Positions 1 through 9,664 are shown, counted from the first letter of the stretch. The stretch: DNA of 31,275 bases from an uncultured archaeon (GCA_964342815.1 CAYFHS010000033.1:16597-47871); one strand, 5' to 3'. The notes: generated by a model not told the origin, from the sequence alone. A program made the numbers and translations.

Positions 1-2
1 AC

Positions 3-3000
3 GGAAGCGGCAGCACTGATAACGTGGCCGTGAGCAACTATACCTGGACATTCAACGACGGAGGGGCACAAACTTTGTATGGGGCGGGGCCAAATTACAC
101 TTTCATCACTCCAGGCGTATTCGTGGTTACACTCACCGCAAAGGACAGCGCCGGCAATACCCATACCGATACTTTGACGGTGACAGTAAATGAAACGACA
201 GACCCTGTAGCAAACGCTGGTCCGGACCAGATAGTGGATCAGGGCGATCTCGTTACCTTCAACGGAAGCGGGAGCAGCGACAACGTGGGTGTGGTCAACT
301 ACACCTGGACTTTCAATGACGGAGAAGCACATACCTTGTATGGGGCTGGTCCGAATTATACCTTTAACAACTCCGGTGCTTTCGTCGTTACCCTGAACGT
401 CACGGATCTAGTTGGAAACTGGCACACAGACACATTGACTGTCACAGTGAACGATACGCAAAAGCCAGTGGCAAATGCTGGCCCCGACCAGGCCGTGAAC
501 CAGGGAGACACCGTGACCTTCGACGGCAGCGGCAGTACTGACAACGCGGCCTTAGATAACTACACGTGGACATTCACCTATGACAGTATTCTGGTTTACC
601 GGTTCGGCCCAAATCCCTCCAGTCCATTTCAGATAGCCGGACAATACATTGTGACTCTGAACGTTACCGATACCTCCGGTAACTGGGCTGTCGATACTAT
701 GACAGTAACTGTTAATGACACAACAAAACCGGTGGCAGATGCAGGGCCGGACCAGACGGTCTTCCAGGGGGATACAGTTTATTTTGACGGCAGCGGAAGC
801 AGCGACAACATTGGCGTGGTTAACTATACCTGGACATTCGACGACGGGGGCATACAAACTTTGTATGGAGTTGGCCCCAATTACACTTTCAATAATGCGG
901 GTGCATTCATCGTTACCCTTAACGTAACGGATGCTGATGGGTATTGGACGGTCAACACGGTGCTGATAACTGTCACCGATATTACAAATCCCATTGCGAA
1001 CGCCGGCTTGGATCAAACTGTGAACCAGTATGTCAAAGTTTATCTCAACGGCAGCGGCAGCACGGACAATACTGCCATTATCAATTATACATGGACATTC
1101 CTTTACAAAGGCATCTCGGTCCACCTGTTCGGAGACAAGGCAAGCTGGATCTTCGAGGATGCCGGTATGTACACATTGACGCTTAGGGTTCTTGACGATG
1201 AGGGGAACGCCGCAACCGATACCATGACCGTGACCGTTGTCGATATAACGGAACCCACCGCGGAAGCTGGTGATAACCAGACTGTGAAAATAAATTCCAT
1301 AGTGTTTTTCGACGGCAGCGGAAGCAGCGATAACGTTGGGATAGTTAACTACACGTGGACCTTGAACGACAGCGGCCTGCAAACTTTGTACGGACAGCTC
1401 CCCAACTATACTTTCGGAAATGCAGGAATCTTCGAGGTTACCCTTAATGTGTCCGATGCGGAGGGAAACTGGGCAATTGATACATTATTCATAACCGTTA
1501 CAGATTATCTGGCACCCGTCATATCTCCGATACCCGATCAGAAATTAACACAACTGGAGGAACTTCGCATTCCGGTGACGGCAACCAGCCCGGAAGGAGG
1601 GGCCATCACGTTTACTCTCGTAAATGCTCCCGCCGGTATGGGTATCAACATCATTACCGGTGAGATAGTCTGGATCCCTTCGGTTGATCAGGTGGGTATA
1701 TTTAACATAACCCTAAGCGCTTCCGATATCAGGGGGATAAGTTCTGTGATCAGCTTCACCGTTACCGTAACGGCTCTGAATCGACTTCCAGTACCCGTTT
1801 TCAATCAAACGGCTGAATCTGTAACTCCCACGACAATAATATTCAACGCTTCCCTCTCTAGTGATTCCGATGGTACGATTCTTACATACATCTGGGATTT
1901 TGGAGACGGTTCCGCAGGAGTGGGTAAGGTCGTCACCCATACATACGATAATCAAGGGGACTACACGGTGAATCTCACCGTTATCGACAATGCCGGAGGA
2001 AGCGCTTCGGTGGAAAAGACCATCACTGTGGAAGCAGGCGGCCAGGTAGGGACAGTTTCAGGAATCATAACATTTTCCGATGGAAATCCCAACAATGTGG
2101 TAGCAATGATCACCGTGAGCCTTGGAGGGAAGATAACTCAATCCGCCGACGGCAACAGCTTCGTGCTGACAAATCTACCATATGGGAAATACCTCGTCAG
2201 GGTGACGGCTGAAGGGTATCATGCTGAAGTTGTCAATTATCAGGTGGAAGGCGACGGAACCCTTGATTTCCACCTGAAAGAGCTCAGAAAGGTAAAAGAT
2301 AATGAATCGGAAAATATAGTCCACAAGGATCCCAAAGGGAAAGTCGTTGTGGATGTTGTCATTATGGGGAACGGAACTCCGCATTTCAATGAAATGGATC
2401 AAAACGAGACGGAGCAAAGAACAGGAGAGAACCCCACAGGTGTGAAAGACATGGGAGTTTTCGTGGAGATCACATTCAATGGAACCCTTATTTGGATCCG
2501 CATTGAGGTTCCCTACGACGAATCAGCCCTGCCAGACGATGTGGAAGAATCCTCCTTGAAACTCTATTTCTGGAACACGGCAACGAATACGTGGGAAGTT
2601 ATAGAGGGGAGCAGTGTGGACACCGATGCAAATATCGTCTGGGCAAACGTGACCCATCTGACCATATTCGCACCCATGGGTGCGGTAAAGGAAGTTGGCG
2701 GAGACGGAGGGGAAGAGAGCAGCAACACCTATATGATAGTCATATTCGTGGTAGTTCTCGGAATTCTGGTTGTCGTTCTCCTGCTGTTCGCATCCAGGAA
2801 AAAAGGAAAATCCGAGGGGCAATCCGATGACGATTTCACAGACCTTAAGGAAGATGGAGAAGAAGAGGAGGACGAGGAGGAGGGAGAAGATTCCGAAGAG
2901 GATGGTGAATTCGAATGTCCCGATTGCGGCGATATGATCGGAGAGTTTGATACCGTTTGCGGCAAGTGCGGCGCAGAATTCGAGGGAGAAGAAGAGGAGG

Positions 3001-3668
3001 AAGAGGAGGAGAAAGAAGACGAGAAGGAAAAGGGAGAAGAGGAAGAGACAGAAGAGGAGGGTGGCGAGGAAGATGATTGGGGCGAGGACCTGGATGAAGG
3101 GGACTGGGAGGAGGATGAAGAAGAAGAAGGAGAATGGGGCGGCGAGGAAGAGGACGAGAAGGATGAGGAGGAAGAAGACGGCGATGACGAGGGAGAAGAA
3201 GGGGATTGGGGTGACGAGAAATCCGATGAGGGGACGGAAGAGCCCGAAAAGGAGCAGGATGAGGAAAAAGAGGAGGAAACCGATGGGGAGGAGGATGAAG
3301 ACAAGGCGGAGGATGAAGGCGATGAAGGAGAATGGGGTGACGAGGACGAGGAAGCCGAGGAGGATGCGGATGACGACAAGGCGGAGGATGAAGGCGATGA
3401 AGGAGAATGGGGTGACGAGGACGAGGAAGCCGAGGAGGATGCGGATGAAGGCGATGAAGGGGATTGGGGCGGCGAGGAGGAAGCCGATGGGGAGGAGGTT
3501 GACGACGAGGAGGATGCGGATGAGGGCGATGAAGGGGATTGGGGTGACGAGGACGAGGAAGCGGATGACAAGTCGGAAGAGCCCGAAAAGGAGCAGGATG
3601 AGGAGGGGGACGGCAACGATGACGAAGGAGTATGGGATGAAATTGACCTAGAAATATTCGAGGATTAA
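3..3668 (+). CDS. Giant cell-surface PKD-repeat protein, 5'-truncated by the window: tandem PKD repeats, Ig-like domain, further PKD, carboxypeptidase-regulatory-like and PGF-pre-PGF-like domains, single TM helix, Zn ribbon, long acidic tail
   Basis: The frame is open to the window edge upstream of nt 24 (GSGSTDNVAVSNYTWTF). ~88-aa repeats 'P(V/T)A(N/D/E)AG.DQ.V..G..V.F.GSGS.DN....NYTWTF...VTL.V.D'. Hydrophobic stretch YMIVIFVVVLGILVVVLLLFA, then CPDCG..CGKCG, then a D/E-rich tail. Confidence 0.9.
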   Translation, partial: GSGSTDNVAVSNYTWTFNDGGAQTLYGAGPNYTFITPGVFVVTLTAKDSAGNTHTDTLTVTVNETTDPVANAGPDQIVDQGDLVTFNGSGSSDNVGVVNYTWTFNDGEAHTLYGAGPNYTFNNSGAFVVTLNVTDLVGNWHTDTLTVTVNDTQKPVANAGPDQAVNQGDTVTFDGSGSTDNAALDNYTWTFTYDSILVYRFGPNPSSPFQIAGQYIVTLNVTDTSGNWAVDTMTVTVNDTTKPVADAGPDQTVFQGDTVYFDGSGSSDNIGVVNYTWTFDDGGIQTLYGVGPNYTFNNAGAFIVTLNVTDADGYWTVNTVLITVTDITNPIANAGLDQTVNQYVKVYLNGSGSTDNTAIINYTWTFLYKGISVHLFGDKASWIFEDAGMYTLTLRVLDDEGNAATDTMTVTVVDITEPTAEAGDNQTVKINSIVFFDGSGSSDNVGIVNYTWTLNDSGLQTLYGQLPNYTFGNAGIFEVTLNVSDAEGNWAIDTLFITVTDYLAPVISPIPDQKLTQLEELRIPVTATSPEGGAITFTLVNAPAGMGINIITGEIVWIPSVDQVGIFNITLSASDIRGISSVISFTVTVTALNRLPVPVFNQTAESVTPTTIIFNASLSSDSDGTILTYIWDFGDGSAGVGKVVTHTYDNQGDYTVNLTVIDNAGGSASVEKTITVEAGGQVGTVSGIITFSDGNPNNVVAMITVSLGGKITQSADGNSFVLTNLPYGKYLVRVTAEGYHAEVVNYQVEGDGTLDFHLKELRKVKDNESENIVHKDPKGKVVVDVVIMGNGTPHFNEMDQNETEQRTGENPTGVKDMGVFVEITFNGTLIWIRIEVPYDESALPDDVEESSLKLYFWNTATNTWEVIEGSSVDTDANIVWANVTHLTIFAPMGAVKEVGGDGGEESSNTYMIVIFVVVLGILVVVLLLFASRKKGKSEGQSDDDFTDLKEDGEEEEDEEEGEDSEEDGEFECPDCGDMIGEFDTVCGKCGAEFEGEEEEEEEEKEDEKEKGEEEETEEEGGEEDDWGEDLDEGDWEEDEEEEGEWGGEEEDEKDEEEEDGDDEGEEGDWGDEKSDEGTEEPEKEQDEEKEEETDGEEDEDKAEDEGDEGEWGDEDEEAEEDADDDKAEDEGDEGEWGDEDEEAEEDADEGDEGDWGGEEEADGEEVDDEEDADEGDEGDWGDEDEEADDKSEEPEKEQDEEGDGNDDEGVWDEIDLEIFED
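3300..3448 (+). repeat. Tandem duplication with 75-nt period inside the acidic tail coding region
   Basis: 3300-3373 and 3375-3448 are identical (gacaaggcggaggatgaaggcgatgaaggagaatggggtgacgaggacgaggaagccgaggaggatgcggatga). A 31-nt block at 3235-3265 recurs at 3574-3604. Confidence 0.9.
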
Positions 3669-3846
3669 TCGGAATACCCTCGAATTTGGAAAAATCATTT
3701 CGGTGGTCAAAAAAGGCCGAAAAAGTATCAATTCTTACTTTTTATTATAACCATAATTCCAACAATTTATATATGATAACTGAATTAGCCCTGTAAAGTA
3801 TCTTTTTTAATAAATATCAAGTAAAAAAAACAAAACAGGTGAAAAC

Positions 3847-4587
3847 ATGGGAAACAAAACGAAGATCGGAATTATATTTGAAATGATAGGTCTGATTCTG
3901 TACGTCCTGGGTGCGTTGGCGATAATCATAGGCGTTCTCGCTGTCTGGGGAAGTGCAAGCGACGCGGCAGATTCTGGTGATAAACTGGCTTTGGCCGATG
4001 CGGTCGTGTTCTTTGTAACGATGTTACTGGTATTTTGTGGAGCATTGGTTTTGGGCTTCATATCGATCCTAGTTGGATTGATCATGCAAGTTGTTACAGC
4101 CAAGGAATTCGACAATCATACCATGGCCATTGCAGGATTGGTAGGTTTTGTGCTGGGATTTATTCTGTCGATCATAGGACAGTTTGCATCGCCGGTTCTG
4201 GGTGCAGTTGGCTCGATTATCGCCTTTGTATCATTAGGCCTTCCATTGTTGAAGATAGGTGGCAAGATGCCGGCGATCATTGGTATGGCTGTTGGAGCCA
4301 TATGTTCAATAATCAGCTTGGTCCTGTCCCTTGGTGCAGACATTACATCACCGGAAGAAGCCATGAACTTCATCTATGCCCAGCTAGCACTGGGAGCTGG
4401 TAATTTAATTGGCTATGGATTATTTGCCGTAGCATGTATAATGGCGTTGAAATGGACTGCGGAGCATTATAAAAAAGGAGGAGCGGCTCAAGCAGCACCT
4501 GGACCCATGCCGGGCCAACCGGGACAACCCCCGCAAGCGGCACCGGGTTCCTACGAAGCAATGTACGGCACACCCCCGCCGCAATAA
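3847..4587 (+). CDS. Polytopic membrane protein with Pro/Gln-rich C-terminal tail, function unknown
   Basis: GGTGA SD 4 nt before ATG; about 6 hydrophobic segments; C-terminus AAPGPMPGQPGQPPQAAPGSYEAMYGTPPPQ. Confidence 0.8.
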   Translation: MGNKTKIGIIFEMIGLILYVLGALAIIIGVLAVWGSASDAADSGDKLALADAVVFFVTMLLVFCGALVLGFISILVGLIMQVVTAKEFDNHTMAIAGLVGFVLGFILSIIGQFASPVLGAVGSIIAFVSLGLPLLKIGGKMPAIIGMAVGAICSIISLVLSLGADITSPEEAMNFIYAQLALGAGNLIGYGLFAVACIMALKWTAEHYKKGGAAQAAPGPMPGQPGQPPQAAPGSYEAMYGTPPPQ

Positions 4588-4635
4588 TCATCACTGACAG
4601 CCGCCTGTTTAGGCATGTGAGTGGTAAATATATAT

Positions 4636-4669
4636 GGGGTCGTCACTCAGCGGACGATCCCTTTTTTTT
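4636..4669 (+). terminator. Hairpin plus oligo-T terminator-like element
   Basis: GGGGTCGTC (4636-44) pairs with GACGATCCC (4653-61), with one G-U pair, followed by T8; lies ~50 nt after the 4587 stop. Confidence 0.6.
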
Positions 4670-4768
4670 ATTTCTTTCTGAGCTAGTTTTTTTTATATTG
4701 TGTTTTCCGGTTGATTCTGCACCTCTGATCGTTTCAGGTTGGTATAACTATATTATCAAAAAATTTTT

Positions 4769-4995
4769 CGACAAATGTTGCATATATCCATAGGTAAATT
4801 TTGCTAAAACCCGTCGACAAATGTCCCAGTTCACCTTCGGGCAAATGTCCGATTCACTCAATTTTCCACCACCCCCGATTCCCATCTTACATTCACTCCT
4901 TTTTTTAAAACCCAGTACCCAAAAGTTTTACTTTCACTTACCCCCCTCCCCCCTGCTCACTGTTATATACCCATTGAACATTTGTCCATTTGTCA
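4769..4995. repeat. Five copies of a short (G)ACAAATG(T) motif, three direct and two inverted; operator- or iteron-like
   Basis: CGACAAATGT 4769, CGACAAATGTCC 4815, GGGCAAATGTCC 4839; inverted ACATTTGTCC 4978 and CCATTTGTCA 4986. A TTATATA box lies at ~4963. Confidence 0.55.
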
Positions 4996-5048
4996 TGGGA
5001 ATTCCGTTGCCCATGATCAACATCAAAAAGAAAAACGGGATTGATATA

Positions 5049-5486
5049 ATGAACAAGCGAAACAAGAAACAGAAACTGAAGGAATTCAGAAAACAGATGA
5101 AAATAATCGAAAGAACACACACCGATAGGACCGCCATAGAAGAAGCCAAACTACTACTTCATGTCCTTATATTCCAGTTCGACGGTTATGCAAGGCAGCA
5201 ACAACTAATAATTGAACATATGTCTTCTAGTTTCCATTGGGGGAATAAACGTACTATTAGGGTTTTAAAAACAATGGCTGCAATTGGTGTAGTTGATCGC
5301 TGGAAGTCCGAATCCGATAACTGGACTCTCTTTTTCCTGGTCAAGGGTTTTCTGGAAGAATGCAAAGATCGAATAATCCGAGCTACCCTTGCCATCACTG
5401 AAAGAATAAAACGCAGTTTTTCATCAATAATATCCATAAACCGGGCTAACATTGGAAATAATCACGCCATCTGGCTCCCAATATAG
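5049..5486 (+). CDS. Small basic hypothetical protein, possible winged-helix DNA-binding protein
   Basis: ORF track gives 4821..5486, but the upstream part is low-complexity intergenic-looking sequence, so ATG 5049 (MNKRNKKQKLKEF) is preferred. 'IIEHMSSSFHWGNKRTIRVLKTMAAIGVVDRWKSESDNWTLFFL' has a helix-helix-wing pattern. Confidence 0.5.
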   Translation: MNKRNKKQKLKEFRKQMKIIERTHTDRTAIEEAKLLLHVLIFQFDGYARQQQLIIEHMSSSFHWGNKRTIRVLKTMAAIGVVDRWKSESDNWTLFFLVKGFLEECKDRIIRATLAITERIKRSFSSIISINRANIGNNHAIWLPI

Positions 5487-5550
5487 GAATAATTATCAAG
5501 GTAACATGGCGTTTTCAATGCAAACACAGTGATACTTTGCGAAATCGAGT

Positions 5551-8500
5551 TCACTCGGTCAAATACCCCTGCTCGCCGCATGAGGAACAGACGACAACCG
5601 TTGGCCGTTCAGATGTTGATACAACGTTCGTTGCACTGCATACATGGCATTCTATCAATACAGGTTTTATATCGGACTTTCCGGCCTGCTCAACAGACGC
5701 ATCCGCTTCCACTTCTTTCATAGCCTCTTCGATGCCCGCATCGGCTTCTTTTATCTCAGCTTTTGCCGCCGATGGCCCGGGGGGCAGTGCTTTCTGGGCA
5801 GATGGTGCAGTAGGTAACTGCTGCTGGGGAGCACTCGGTTGTCCCTGCATTTCCTGCTGAAGTTTCTTTACCTGCTGCTGAAGCTGCTGATACTCCTGTA
5901 TCAGGGCCTGCCGCTGCTGAGGGTCCTTCGTTTGAGGCAGTTCGGTCTGGATCTCCGCAGCCCGTTTCTGTACCTTTTGATACAACTGCTTCACATGTTC
6001 CGGAAAGTCCTGCTGCTGGGGAGCTTGTGGCGGGCCTCGGGCTGTGGGAGGTGCGCCCGGTGGACCCGGCGGCCCTCCTCCGGGTGGTCCGGGCGGGCCG
6101 CCTCTGGGCGGTCCGGGTGGTCCCCTATGTTGTTCCTGCGGCCATGCCGGTTGCTGTACGGGTTGAGGTCCAACAGGGGAACCCTGCGGAACGTCACGGT
6201 CTTTTTTCTTCTTCACAACCATGATCACAGCTATCAATATCAGTCCGAGAACGACGAATCCGATAATGACTATTATCAACCACATCGGAATACCGCCTTC
6301 GTCACCACTGGCCAATTTAATATCCGGTTCGCCTAAAGGATGGGATTCGGCATCATTGGGATCTGTACCCTTCTCGTATTCCATTGAATTTGAATATCCA
6401 TCACCGTCAGGATCATCATCCTTTCCAGAGATTTCGGTACTATCGAAATATTGCTCCTCCCAGCCGTCGGGGATACCATCATCATCCTGGTCCAACTTCC
6501 AATTGGTCTCTTTATCCAGATCATACGGTTTTTCATGGCTGTTCCACTCATAGGTCGTTGTCCAGGCAACTGCACTTATCTTGTACTCGCGGCCGATCTC
6601 TCCATTAATGCTCATACCACCCGGAACCTCATCTTTTTTCACCTTATCTGTGTATTCATATTCGAGAACCCAGACATCTCCGTCCAATTCCGGATTTATG
6701 AAAAGAGCATAGTAATCGTCCCAGTACCTCGGGTCCTCCGGGAAATAGTTTTCAAGGTTATCAACGTCCATCAGGGGCGTCCATTCCAAATCCGAGGATT
6801 TATCTTTGACCCCAAAGTACAAGTCGATATGATCGATCTCATCCCCCTGAACCGATGCTGTCACCTCGATGTTGTAATTGTAGGTTATTCTCGCGTTCCG
6901 GTCATCAAGTTCGGAGACCAGTAGGGAAACATTTACCTTAGTTATCTCAATCTCCACTGCTATCTCAGGGGTCAGCTCCCGCGATGGGAGCTTCTGGGTC
7001 ATACCGGCCTCCGGGTCGATCAGGGGCTGAGGTTTTTCCAGATTGTTTATTGTAATTACTGGGCCGAAGTTGGACTGTTCCACCATTTTTTCATCATAAT
7101 TGTCATGGACGTCCACAGCCACTACCACCACGTAATATTTTGTCCAATCCTTAAGTGGGGCACCTCCAACAGATGTTACCGTCGTGGATGATGTGCTGCG
7201 GACATCAACGGTCTTGTCCGGTATCGTGGATTCAATATCCGAGATCACGGTCCTGGAAACGAAGATGGAATAATGATCGAAGTCATCAACAATGGTGGGA
7301 ATCCATGTGACCGTTATGCTCTTACCCTCGTCGTCCGGCGTATCCACCGCCGTCAACCCTGTCAATGCAGGAGGAGGTGTCAGGTCTTTGGCAATGGAAG
7401 TAGCTATATTCGACATAGGTCCCACATTTCCCTCTTCGTCCAAAGCCATTACGGTAAAATTGTGGATTTTTCCACTTTCGAGACCCGTAATCATCAACGT
7501 CTCCTTTTGTCCGGGGAAATCGGGATTGGGTATATCCTCTTTATTCGGCATGTCGAAGGCATTTATCAAGTCCGCCATATCCTCAATTTCCTCCCGCGAG
7601 CATTTGATTATATAATCCCTGGAAAGACCTTCCGCGCCGTCATCGCCCGGTGCTGTCCACTCGAGCTCCACCTCCCCGTCCTCCTCTCCCGGGACAGCTT
7701 CCAGGTCATCTATGGCACCCGGGGGATTGTGATCGGGGGCAAATGCCTTAACCACGTCGGACATATCCCCCTGCTGCTCGGCTTCGTCCAGTGCGACAAT
7801 TGCAAAGTAGTATTCAGTGCCGCTGGTCAATCCCGTAACGGTGAAGGCTTCGTCGCTGCCCGGATTTCCGGGATTGGGTATATCGTTCTTGTTCGGAACA
7901 TTCTTTGCATTCTCGAAAGATGCAAGGCTGGTAATGTCCCCGTCCGAATATTTTATTACATAGGAATCCGCTTTTCCCTGCTGGCTGTCCCCATCTTCGG
8001 CCACTGCTGTCCATGTCAGATTGATGGCTCCGTCGATTTTACCGTGCGGCTCAGCTTCCAGGTCGTCGATCTGCGCCGGTGGTTCGTCGGGGTCCACCAC
8101 CAGTTCCTGTGTAGTGACATCCGACCATGCCCCTTCACTGTCCTTTACCTTGAAGCCCACAGTATAGGTCCCATGGGACAGGGTGTCCGCCGTGATACTG
8201 GCTTGGGTTCCTAGCTCAATGACCGGACCTGTAGCTTTCTGTGCGGTCCATAGGTATCCTGACGTGGCATCGCCATCCTCTTCATCGGTACCATGTCCGG
8301 TGAATGTTATATCCACCAGTTCTCTGGCCGGACTCGGATCAATTGAATCGATGATGGCTACCGGCTTGTAGTTCGTAACATAATCAACATCCAATATCGG
8401 GCGCTGCGCTGCTGTTCCGTATTCTTTAGATCTGAAGAACTTGATGGCATCACTGCCGGAACTACCGATCAGTATCACGCCATTGTTAGTAATATCTCCA

Positions 8501-9231
8501 TTTACCCAGGCCTGGACAATATTCGTGACTGAGATCGTTGTCGTGCCGTAACCGGTATTGGGCGTGGCGCCGCTACCTGAGGGAGATCCGGCATAATCTC
8601 CACCGGATTGTGACCATGAGCTTGAACCGTCATAAGTGTTCCAGGTTGCGCCATCCGATGTGATGCCGCTCATGGATCCGGTCCCCTCCGTCCAGCTATG
8701 GGTCAGTGGGTTTGCCGTAATTGTCAGGGGGTCGTTAATACCTCCTTCTATAGGAGCTCCGGTCCCACCGTCGATGCCGTTGTAACAAAGATGATAGGTC
8801 AGTTTGATACTGGCCGAGGATATTTCCGCATTCGGTGGAATCGAAGTGATATCGAATTGGATGAGAACCCTGAACTGTTTCCAGTCCGAACTACTGTCGA
8901 GAGGTATTATAAGATCGGGGTCGCTTCCTATATTTGAATTCGTATCCGGCGGCGTACCACCCGTAAAACCGCAAATGGTGGTATCCTTCAAGGCACCGAA
9001 CGATTCTACCCGGGTTCCCTGCATCAGGGATTGATCATATGCTCCAGTGTGATAATCATTGACACTTTGATCACCACTTTTTATCCGAGCGTGATTATCT
9101 TGTGAGGCTTCATTTATTCCACGCAGGGGGATACCGCTGGTGAAAAATGCAATTATGATTAATATAGCCACGCTGGTAATTAAAAACCTTCCAAACCGAG
9201 TGTGTCCGTTTTCTCCGTTTATACCCATCAT
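5551..9231 (-). CDS. Large membrane-anchored surface protein: DNRLRE/disaggregatase-like domain, PKD/Ig, fibronectin type III repeats, TSP3-like Ca-binding motifs, TM helix, Pro/Gln-rich tail with coiled coil, C-terminal Zn ribbon
   Basis: N-terminal hydrophobic signal; 'FRVLIQFDITSIPPNAEISSASIKL...W.EGTG...ATW'; repeated 'P..I.DL.A....DG...L.WTA...Y.I.YS' FN3 units; DDDGIPDGWE / DPDGDGYSNSME; TM WLIIVIIGFVVLGLILIAVIMVV; CHVC...CSSC at the end. Confidence 0.88.
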   Translation of the reverse strand: MMGINGENGHTRFGRFLITSVAILIIIAFFTSGIPLRGINEASQDNHARIKSGDQSVNDYHTGAYDQSLMQGTRVESFGALKDTTICGFTGGTPPDTNSNIGSDPDLIIPLDSSSDWKQFRVLIQFDITSIPPNAEISSASIKLTYHLCYNGIDGGTGAPIEGGINDPLTITANPLTHSWTEGTGSMSGITSDGATWNTYDGSSSWSQSGGDYAGSPSGSGATPNTGYGTTTISVTNIVQAWVNGDITNNGVILIGSSGSDAIKFFRSKEYGTAAQRPILDVDYVTNYKPVAIIDSIDPSPARELVDITFTGHGTDEEDGDATSGYLWTAQKATGPVIELGTQASITADTLSHGTYTVGFKVKDSEGAWSDVTTQELVVDPDEPPAQIDDLEAEPHGKIDGAINLTWTAVAEDGDSQQGKADSYVIKYSDGDITSLASFENAKNVPNKNDIPNPGNPGSDEAFTVTGLTSGTEYYFAIVALDEAEQQGDMSDVVKAFAPDHNPPGAIDDLEAVPGEEDGEVELEWTAPGDDGAEGLSRDYIIKCSREEIEDMADLINAFDMPNKEDIPNPDFPGQKETLMITGLESGKIHNFTVMALDEEGNVGPMSNIATSIAKDLTPPPALTGLTAVDTPDDEGKSITVTWIPTIVDDFDHYSIFVSRTVISDIESTIPDKTVDVRSTSSTTVTSVGGAPLKDWTKYYVVVVAVDVHDNYDEKMVEQSNFGPVITINNLEKPQPLIDPEAGMTQKLPSRELTPEIAVEIEITKVNVSLLVSELDDRNARITYNYNIEVTASVQGDEIDHIDLYFGVKDKSSDLEWTPLMDVDNLENYFPEDPRYWDDYYALFINPELDGDVWVLEYEYTDKVKKDEVPGGMSINGEIGREYKISAVAWTTTYEWNSHEKPYDLDKETNWKLDQDDDGIPDGWEEQYFDSTEISGKDDDPDGDGYSNSMEYEKGTDPNDAESHPLGEPDIKLASGDEGGIPMWLIIVIIGFVVLGLILIAVIMVVKKKKDRDVPQGSPVGPQPVQQPAWPQEQHRGPPGPPRGGPPGPPGGGPPGPPGAPPTARGPPQAPQQQDFPEHVKQLYQKVQKRAAEIQTELPQTKDPQQRQALIQEYQQLQQQVKKLQQEMQGQPSAPQQQLPTAPSAQKALPPGPSAAKAEIKEADAGIEEAMKEVEADASVEQAGKSDIKPVLIECHVCSATNVVSTSERPTVVVCSSCGEQGYLTE

Positions 9232-9441
9232 GAGTCAGGCGCTCCTTTTCTATAAAAATAAACTCGAAATTCAAAGAGAAAAATACCTCCGTCTAATAGA
9301 ATTGCATATTATTAAAGATTACTATGCACTTTTACTAGGAAAAAACCTGATATTCATATGGGAGAGCTACAAAAAAATTTAAAATAATTGATTACGGGAT
9401 ATAGAATTCACGGTACGGAAGCGGGGGCCAGGTGGAAAATA

Positions 9442-9639
9442 TTATTCCTTGAACTTGTAACGGTAGGATTTTCCAGGTGAGTTCGTCCTTCCATACATCA
9501 CTTCGTCGCTTTCTCTCAATTTTTTCAGGGACATAGTGACAGCACCCTTTCCGATCCCTATCGCCCGGCTTATCTCGTTTGACGTGAACCACTCGCCGGG
9601 GTGGTTTTGAAGAAATTCGTAGACTTCTTGCTGTCCCAT
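9442..9639 (-). CDS. Small winged helix-turn-helix protein (65 aa)
   Basis: 'VYEFLQNHPGEWFTSNEISRAIGIGKGAVTMSLKKLRESDEV' is a typical wHTH pattern; TATA-like box 26-35 nt upstream. Confidence 0.8.
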   Translation of the reverse strand: MGQQEVYEFLQNHPGEWFTSNEISRAIGIGKGAVTMSLKKLRESDEVMYGRTNSPGKSYRYKFKE

Positions 9640-9664
9640 GAATAAACGGGAACATATTCTCAGA

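Noticed and set aside
552-1382. 276-aa minus-strand ORF
   Set aside because: Antisense to the PKD repeats, with no motifs of its own.
2729-3651. Ser-rich 295-aa minus ORF and Arg/Lys-rich 234-aa plus ORF
   Set aside because: These are antisense and shifted-frame shadows of the GAR/GAY-rich acidic tail; their composition is fully explained by the main frame.
4700-5000. Chromosomal oriC (ORB elements)
   Set aside because: No TCCA..GGAA ORB core seen and no cdc6/orc1 gene in the window.
4821-5048. N-terminal extension of the wHTH-like ORF
   Set aside because: It translates the repeat/promoter region into Pro/Phe low-complexity sequence; likely non-coding.
5839-8214. Plus-strand ORFs (5839..6336, 6451..6924, 7273..8214 and others)
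   Set aside because: Antisense shadows of the 1226-aa surface protein.
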